Assembly: GCF_000150275.1 (NCBI RefSeq)
Contig: NW_002060959.1
Coordinates: forward strand, 1,023,746 to 1,087,745
From: Trichoplax adhaerens
Taxonomy: Eukaryota; Animalia; Placozoa
DNA length: 64,000 nucleotides
Direction of reading: 5' to 3'
Shown here: positions 56,901 to 64,000 of the stretch, piece after piece
Layout: each line of letters begins with the position of its first letter
Numbering within the stretch: the stretch's first letter is position 1
Program-made: the position numbers and the translations under genes
Notes under the pieces: model-generated
The model's database searches: none
Told to the model about the DNA's origin: nothing
The model's input: only the letters and a program-made list of their open reading frames with translations

Positions 56901-59900
56901 TTAACGTAACGGGTTTAAATCAATTTAATTACCGGAGCTTGTTCGTCTTTATCATCGATTTTCTTAGGCTTTTTCTAGCGAGAATAAAATAACATTTAAT
57001 AATGAATACTCCTAGACACGTATTACGAGTACGCTTACGCATAAGTATTTAAACTTACAGTAACGACAAGATGTTTAGCTTTCTTTCCTAGTTTTTTCAT
57101 TCTTTTAACAATTTTACGTTGTCGTCGTTTTTTATCCTTGTATACTGGATAAGATAATTCTCCCGCATATATTACTTCGCCTGTTTCTGGTACGACAATT
57201 TTACCTCTTCTATCTACTTCATTTTCATCTTCAGTAGAAGTACCTCCATCAGATTCAGTCGTAGCATCGGTCGATAATACACTATCTCTTTGAGGGCTCA
57301 AATTTATATCGCTTTCATATTTTGGCAAGTTCATCTAATCAGTAAACGTCAAATAGTAAAGAAATCAATTATTACTATATTCTGTTGCAGTATATGTAAG
57401 CAATTATATGATATACGTATCATGTATGTATCTATTTCCGGTTATAGTAATCATACCTCAAATTCTAATTCAGGTGGTTTCATCTCAGGTGTATCAACTG
57501 ACATTCCTTCCGCATTTGAAGCTTTGTTGGAATCACTCGAACTTGATGATGTTGATGAGGTTCTGCTAGCAGAACTACGAGGAGATGGTATTTCTTCATC
57601 TAGTAAACTAAAATCAATCTTGACTGGAATTGGTTTATCTGCAGGAGCTATTTCATCTTCATGTTGTAGTGGTAACACTTCAATATCCATGTTGTTGTCC
57701 TTATCTGGTAATTCTTCTGGTAAATTTATAGTTATTTCTGGTTCTAGAATCAGATCATCAGGTACTTCTTCTACTGTTCTATCTTCAGTTTGATTAACCT
57801 CTTCTTCTACTATTTCATTTGGTTCTTCTCTATCAAATATACTGAAATCAATCTTAACCGGTAAAGATTTAGTATCTGGAGCAATTTCCAATTCCATTTC
57901 TTGCGTCGATTCCATATCGTCGCCAGGCATTTTATATTGGAGGTCGAGATCTTTCGGTACTTCAGCCGTAACATTGAAGTTAGTACTTAAGGTTGGTTCT
58001 ACAATTCTTGTAGGCTGTTCAGGCTTGTTAAAATCGTCTTTATCTGGTAAGCCTGCGGACAGTCCAAAAGCTATTTCTGGTCGGTAATTTATTTCGTTAG
58101 ATACATCTTCTACTTTCATATCTTCTATAGGACTAGTTCCTTCTTCTACAATTCCAGTAGGCTGTTCAGGCTTGTTAAAATCGTCTTTATCTGGTAAGTC
58201 TGCAGACAGTCCAAAAGCTATTTCTGGTCGGAAATTTATTTCGTCAGGTACGTCTTCTGCTTTCATATCTTCTATAGGACTAGTTCCTTCTTCTACAATT
58301 CCAGTAGGCTGTTCCGGCTTATTAAAAGCAATGCCTAAGTTTGGTTCTTGAGGTCGAGCAAGGATTGCTGTATCAAAATCGTTCGGTATATCTGGTTTAT
58401 CTTCTTCTTTAATTGTTGCTAAACCGGCCATATCTGGTCTCTCTATTGGCTCAGCATCGATTTCGATATCGAGCTTAGGTCTTTCATGACTTAAAGCTCC
58501 TATCACTCCTATTGTAGGAATAGCTTGAGGTACTACGTTTTCAGGTTGATTTTCTTCATCTGATTTAATCTACATATAATATAGAATACGTGCAATATGA
58601 GATATATATGAATATACAGTATTATACTTTCATAGTTACGTAGCTATTTAACGTAACGGGTTTAAATCAATTTAATTACCGGAGCTTGTTCGTCTTTATC
58701 ATCGATTTTCTTAGGCTTTTTCTAGCGAGAATAAAATAACATTTAATAATGAATACACCTAGACACGTATTACGAGTACGCTTACGCATAAGTATTTAAA
58801 CTTACAGTAACGACAAGATGTTTAGCTTTCTTTCCTAGTTTTTTCATTCTTTTAACAATTTTACGTTGTCGTCGTTTTTTATCCTTGTATACTGGATAAG
58901 ATAATTCTCCCGCATATATTACTTCGCCTGTTTCTGGTACGACAATTTTACCTCTTCTATCTACTTCATTTTCATCTTCAGTAGAAGTACCTCCATCAGA
59001 TTCAGTCGTAGCATCGGTCGATAATACACTATCTCTTTGAGGGCTCAAATTCATATCATTTTCATATTTTGGCAAATTCACCTGATCAGTAACATTAAAT
59101 TAATAGGATAAATAATAAAATTAGGGCTTTTAATGTAAGTAAATTCGCTATCGTACTAGTAAAATATAAAATTAACGTACTAAAGCATTGAAAGCACATC
59201 GCACACTATTTATATTGTAAATGTTAAAATTTCTCCATAATTTATAGTATTTCTAATAAAACTGGTTGATGGAAAGGTAGCACAGAGTAACTTTCATCCA
59301 TTCTATAAAAATTTGGCATCGGTATTAAAGTAACGTTTTTGTAACCAACTATTTCAAACAAGACAATAGTTACTTTTATAAAATGGAATTGAAGCTGAAT
59401 AATTCTATAGTATAGCTATACTACCTCATAGGAAGTTTCTGGCATCAGTTCATGATCAGGTTGAGTTAGTTGACTAGGGTTTTCTGTTGTTATCTCTAGT
59501 GCGACAGGTTCCATCTCAGGCATTTCCACTTCTTCTGCCATGATAGAATCGTTTAAAGTTATTAAGTAATACATTAACTTATTATAGTTGATTCTAAACG
59601 ATCATGAAATTGCAGAGCCAACTAGTAAACTAGCTAACAATATACTTGCCTTGTGCATCAGGAGAGAACTCTTGCCCAAAAGCAAAGCTTGCTTGAAGTT
59701 CTGGTAAAGGTGCTTTTTCTGCATTCACTTCTGGTAATTCTGGCTGAGATGCAACTAACTGTTCAGGACTTACTTCTAAATCTGGTTTATCCAAAGTTTC
59801 CACTTCGCCCTCTATCGACGGATGTTGCAATTGGTCTTCCATATCAAAGTTGTCACTAAAGTCTGGAATAACAACAGCTGCAGAAAGTGCTCCTTCGATA

Positions 59901-62900
59901 ATAGGAGTTTGGGGAGATTCATCAACAAGTTCTTGGTTGGTACTGAAATCTGGTCTGTCAATGTCTGAAGTTATATTCTCATCAACTACAGGTAACTGCG
60001 GTTTTCCGTTAAAATTTATGGTGTAATCAGGCTTAGCCAAAGTGGTGTTGTCTTCATCAACTTGTGGTTTATCTAGGTTAATATTATAATCCAGTTGACT
60101 AGAAGGCAAAGTAAGCTCTTCTTCACCAGGTGAACGTAGTGGATGCTGTAAACCCGCATTGACATCAAAGCTGTAATTAGGTTGATCAGCGAGTATAGTA
60201 GCTGGCTCTTCATCTACTTGACTAGAAGGCAAAGTAAGCTCTTCTTCACCAGGTAAACGTAGTGGATGCTTTAAACCCGCATTGGCATCAAAGCTGTAAT
60301 CAGGTTGATCATCGAGTATATCAACTGGCTCTTCATCTACTTGACTAGAAGGCAAAGTAAGCTTTTCTTCACCGGGCGAACGTAGCGGATACTGTAAACC
60401 CGTATTGACATCAAAGCTGTAATTAGGCTGATCAGCGAGTATAGCAGCTGGCTCTTCGTCTACTTGACTAGAAGGTAAAGTAAGCTCTTCTTTACCAGGC
60501 GAAAGCAGTGGATGCTTTAAACCCGTATCGACATCAAAGCTGTAATTAGGTTGATCAGCGAGTATAGCAACTGGCTCTTCATCTACTTGACTAGAAGGTA
60601 AAGCAAGCTCTTCTTCACCAGGCGAAGGTAGTGGATGCTGTAAACCCGCATCGACATCAAAGCTGTAGTTAGTTTGATCAGCAACTATGGCAGTTGGTTC
60701 TTTATCTACTTGTGGTTGATCAAGTTTTAAGTCAAGTGCGCCATTAATACTAAAATCGGGTTTATCTGTAACTGAATCGATAGCATCTTCATTGACTTGA
60801 GGCTGTTCTAAATCGATATTACCACTACAACTTTCATCTGCTACAATTGCCGCTACAGTTATTGCCTCTTCGACAACTGGAACTTCCCATTCTTTGCTAA
60901 CAGTTCCATTAACATTGTAGTTACTTTCGATATTGGATACTAGACTATCCTCAGCTTTACTTAGGGATTTCTCGTCCTTACTAGTAACCAATTCTGCATT
61001 AGTTATAACTTGTTCCGAAGATTGACGAATATCTTTCTGTAGCTGACTTCCTGATATATTGACTACTGTATTCTCATTTTGGCAAATTTCTAGCCTATTT
61101 TCCGCTTTTTGAACAAGACCTTGATCTCTCTTAAAAATTATATATTCATTGTGTGTTTGGTCGACATTCTTTAGCTCAACAATCTGATATTCTTGACCTA
61201 GTTGAATATGGAAGGCAGAAGAACCTGACTCGATTATACTTGAAGTAGTCGTAGTCCAGTTTTGGCTGACTGTGGTAACATGTTCAGTTTGCTGCTGTCT
61301 TAATTCCTTAGTAGCTACAGTTTGATACTGACTCTCACTATAATTAGTAGACGATTGAGCTGTGCTACTTGCTTCCATAATATTTTGTTGTTGTATTGTA
61401 TGTTGAGCTGTATGCTCTATTCCATGCTGCATAGAATGTTCTAATTTATGATCTTCCGAATGCTCTATCCTCTGTTGGACTGCGTGATCTACCCTACGCT
61501 CCATGGTGGTTTCTACTCTTTGTTCCATTACTCGTTCTGTTGAGCCTTTTCTCCTTCTGAAAGAAATTCTGCGTTCCTACAATAATTAAGAAGAGTAAGG
61601 GAGATAAACTCAGTATTATTATGGCATATAAACTTATCCATTAATTAAATGTCAATAAAAATTTGTAACAATCTGTTAATTTTATTAACCGCAACTTCAC
61701 ATACCAACTGTTTAATTTCTATTTCATGTTCTTGATCGTCGTCAGGTTCCAAATCCTCCTCATATTCTGGTGTATAATCCTGTTCAAATGCGAATTCATC
61801 TTCATCACTGGAATGATCTGATGGCATTTCTTCCATATCTTGTTCTACGGCTATATTTGACTTATTAAATGAAATTGAGAGAGATTTTAGACAATGATAT
61901 ACTCTTATTTTCGGTACGATTTAAATTTTACTATTTGCAAATCTTACGGCATAGAAGATGTGAAGGCAATCAAAAATCAATAACAGCGGTAGTAAACAGT
62001 TATCTAATCCTACAACTTAATTTATCAGATTCTGGACCTACATCACTAAACCAACTCCGCCGTTGATTGTAATTTTGGAATGTTTGCGAGGATAGTAATG
62101 TTTGTGGGCTTAATGCATTCTCTTCCAGTTTATTGTCAGATGCTTTATAGCCAATAGAAGTAGGCGGTGAACGTATTCTTCTCAATTCAGATGGTATTTT
62201 ATGGGATGTCGATAAGCGTTCCTTATTAGGATCTGGCAGTCGATAGTAGTAACCGGTTCTACAACCCTACATTACGTTCAAAAATAATAACAATTTTTTC
62301 AAGTGAATAAGCTTGGACTTACAAAAATGCTGCACTATTATCATGTAGCGTAACTCGTAATATACGTATAATGTCCATATTTTATCAACTGGTTTAAAAT
62401 GGTTACCCTCATATCCAAATTTCTTATATAAGCTTCAAATTCGATCTTGCATTTGTGTAATTTTTCCTTTGAGTAGCTTCCATTTTCAATAGAATAATCT
62501 ATTTCGACTGGAATTTGATGTAAATTATGTAGTCCTAGGGCTAAGTAGCTGAGCTAAAATGAAAATGGAAGTGAATTCAATTGGGTTGAATAATTTTGAA
62601 CTTGGAAGTTTCGTAGTATCGATTATTCCCAACGGATATAAAGTATATTGTTCCAGGACAATTTTTAGGCTGTTTTTAAAGGCAGTATAATATTCTAATG
62701 TACAGGATTGAAATAATTGTAAAATAATACCATTTTGAAAGTCTATATTATATCTACGCCATGGATGGATAAGATGGTTATTATTGAACTAGCGCCTAAA
62801 GTATCGAAGAGTTACTATAATTCAACGGTCTGATATGATAAAATCTGGTAATACGAGTAAAGATCAATGATAAACTACTTCGACTATATATACAGTATAC

Positions 62901-64000
62901 TATCACTTTGACTATATATATACTATCGTCTATTCCCAACGAATGTAAAGTATATTGTTCCTGGACAATTTTTAGGCTATTTTTTTAAAGGCAGCATAAT
63001 ATTCTAATGTACAGGACTGAAATAACTGTAAAATTATACCATCTTGGAAGTCTATACTATATCTACGCCATGAATGGATAAGATGGTTATTATTGAACTA
63101 ACGTCTAAAGTATCGAAGAGTTACTATAATTCACCGGTCTACTATGATCAAATCTGGTAATACGAGTAAAGATCAAATAATAATAAATCACTTACTGGAA
63201 AATGAGACTATTCAAACTTGCAGTAGTAACATTAAATTCTACTTACTTCAACATCGCAAGCCTTAATCACACGTGTTGCATTGTAGAAAGCTTCTTCAAC
63301 AGTTAATCCAGTAACAAAAAATCCGTTATTTTTCATCAGTACAATCTATTCATAAAATAAGTAAGGAGTACTCATCAAATAGCTCGTTATCGGATATCTA
63401 TTGATTCAAATAGAAACCATGTTACTTATAATAAATTAGTAATGCTCTATTCCTGATTTACTATTGAAACGATTTACTTTGGTGATATAAACGGTGACAA
63501 CATTTATTTTTCAAACCTGCGCTGGGGATCGAGCGAATTCGCTAACAAACGCTTGTCTATCCTTATCATCCAAGGCTGTCGGATTGCAGTTAAATTGAAA
63601 TTGAGGAAAAATCTGTAAATTACAATCCGAAGGGATACTGTTTAGTGTAAGTGCCTTGATCGGTCGTTAAAATGATTCAAATGAGAATAAATTCTATTTT
63701 ATGGTGGATAACTATCACTCAGATATGCTAGATTGAAATTCGAAATACCGCAATGACTCGAACTGTAACTAAGCTTGTTCGATGGAATAAAATGGACTGT
63801 AATATCAAATCCAATTTACACCTAAAGTCTTGTCTAAAGTACACTAATCTCTATTTTACGACTAGCGCTACAACAAGCTAACCTCTGTGGCTTCTTGGCA
63901 TAATGGTAGTAAGCCAGCTTTGGTAGCGGATATCTGAAAGAGTAATGATCATATTTAAGATAGATCCATGTACAGTAGTTAGCATATCAGAGACCTTCCT
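50907..64000 (-). CDS. Adducin-family protein (class II aldolase-like head/neck) with giant repetitive acidic tail; 5' end lies beyond the window
   Basis: Exons in 63933-62040 give ISATKAGLLPLCQEA, IVLMKNNGFFVTGLTVEEAFYNATRVIKACDVE, EFEAYIRNLDMRGCRTGYYYR and SPPTSIGY. These match recalled adducin motifs ([44 protein letters not shown]). Downstream exons chain in compatible phases to ~51026. The terminal exon (VAQTGDCII*) is tentative. Confidence 0.8.
51140..52030 (-). repeat. Coding tandem repeat, 162 bp/54 aa, 5 units plus a diverged partial; one unit has an in-frame 18-bp deletion
   Basis: AGATCGAATC at 51251, 51413, 51557, 51719 and 51881; unit KADVQPMEEALPVVAVPLIADAAHAEPVAASYQVGKIGHFEVKGPKIRSVEDDL. 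Confidence 0.95.
53128..59081 (-). repeat. Triplicated 3-exon cassette including introns (59081-57457, 57334-55296, 54783-53128)
   Basis: Near-identical exons NLPKYE..KKLGKKAK, KKPKKIDDKDEQAP and IKSDEENQPE.., with near-identical introns (e.g. CATAGTTACGTAGCTATTTAACGTAACGGG) in all three copies. Confidence 0.95.
55701..56583 (-). repeat. Coding tandem repeat, 147 bp/49 aa, 6 units (about 2.3 units in each of the other two cassettes)
   Basis: Unit FNKPEQPTGIVEEGTSPIEDMKAEDVPDEINFRPEIAFGLSAGLPDKDD; TCCAGTAGGC at 55821 and 55968. Confidence 0.95.
60093..60715 (-). repeat. Coding tandem repeat, 123 bp/41 aa, 5 units
   Basis: GACTAGAAGG recurs every 123 bp from 60097; unit PSSQVDEEPxAILADQPNYSFDVxxGLxHPLxSPGEEELTL. 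Confidence 0.95.
62624..63176. repeat. Intronic direct repeat of ~245 bp (62624-62867 and 62931-63176)
   Basis: TATTCCCAACG..AAAGTATATTGTTCC..GTAAAGATCAA occurs twice, 307 bp apart, within an adducin intron. Confidence 0.93.

Noticed and set aside
51262-57793. Plus-strand ORFs up to 317 aa antisense to the adducin repeats
   Set aside because: Stop-free only because a stop-free repeat unit is reiterated; splice signals support the minus strand.

Overview
AT-rich, intron-dense eukaryotic DNA from an early-branching animal. Gene content, short GT-AG introns and an intronless 42-aa TPR protein suggest a placozoan such as Trichoplax (inference). The ORF track misses most genes because they are spliced, so I assembled exons by hand. 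From left to right: FRA10AC1 (+), SMIM8 (-), a BRCT-containing Pol mu/TdT-type family X polymerase (+), an SLC26A11-like anion transporter (+), an atypical CYP26/CYP120-like P450 (-), DCLRE1A/SNM1A (+), a 211-aa secreted BRICHOS-like precursor ending in a cationic 4-Cys beta-hairpin peptide (-), a 1395-aa single-exon TPR protein (+), and the 3' part of an adducin-like gene (-) with a giant acidic tail of roughly 2,900 aa built from nested repeats. Structural features are a ~1.85-kb tandem duplication that separated the 3' ends of two convergent genes with reciprocal decay, TACTGTA/TACAGTA palindrome islands at two likely promoters, and a triplicated nuclear-receptor-like element upstream of the P450. 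The best candidates for something new are the BRICHOS/beta-hairpin precursor and the giant adducin. All exon models and family calls are by eye and from recalled sequences; none was confirmed by a search.
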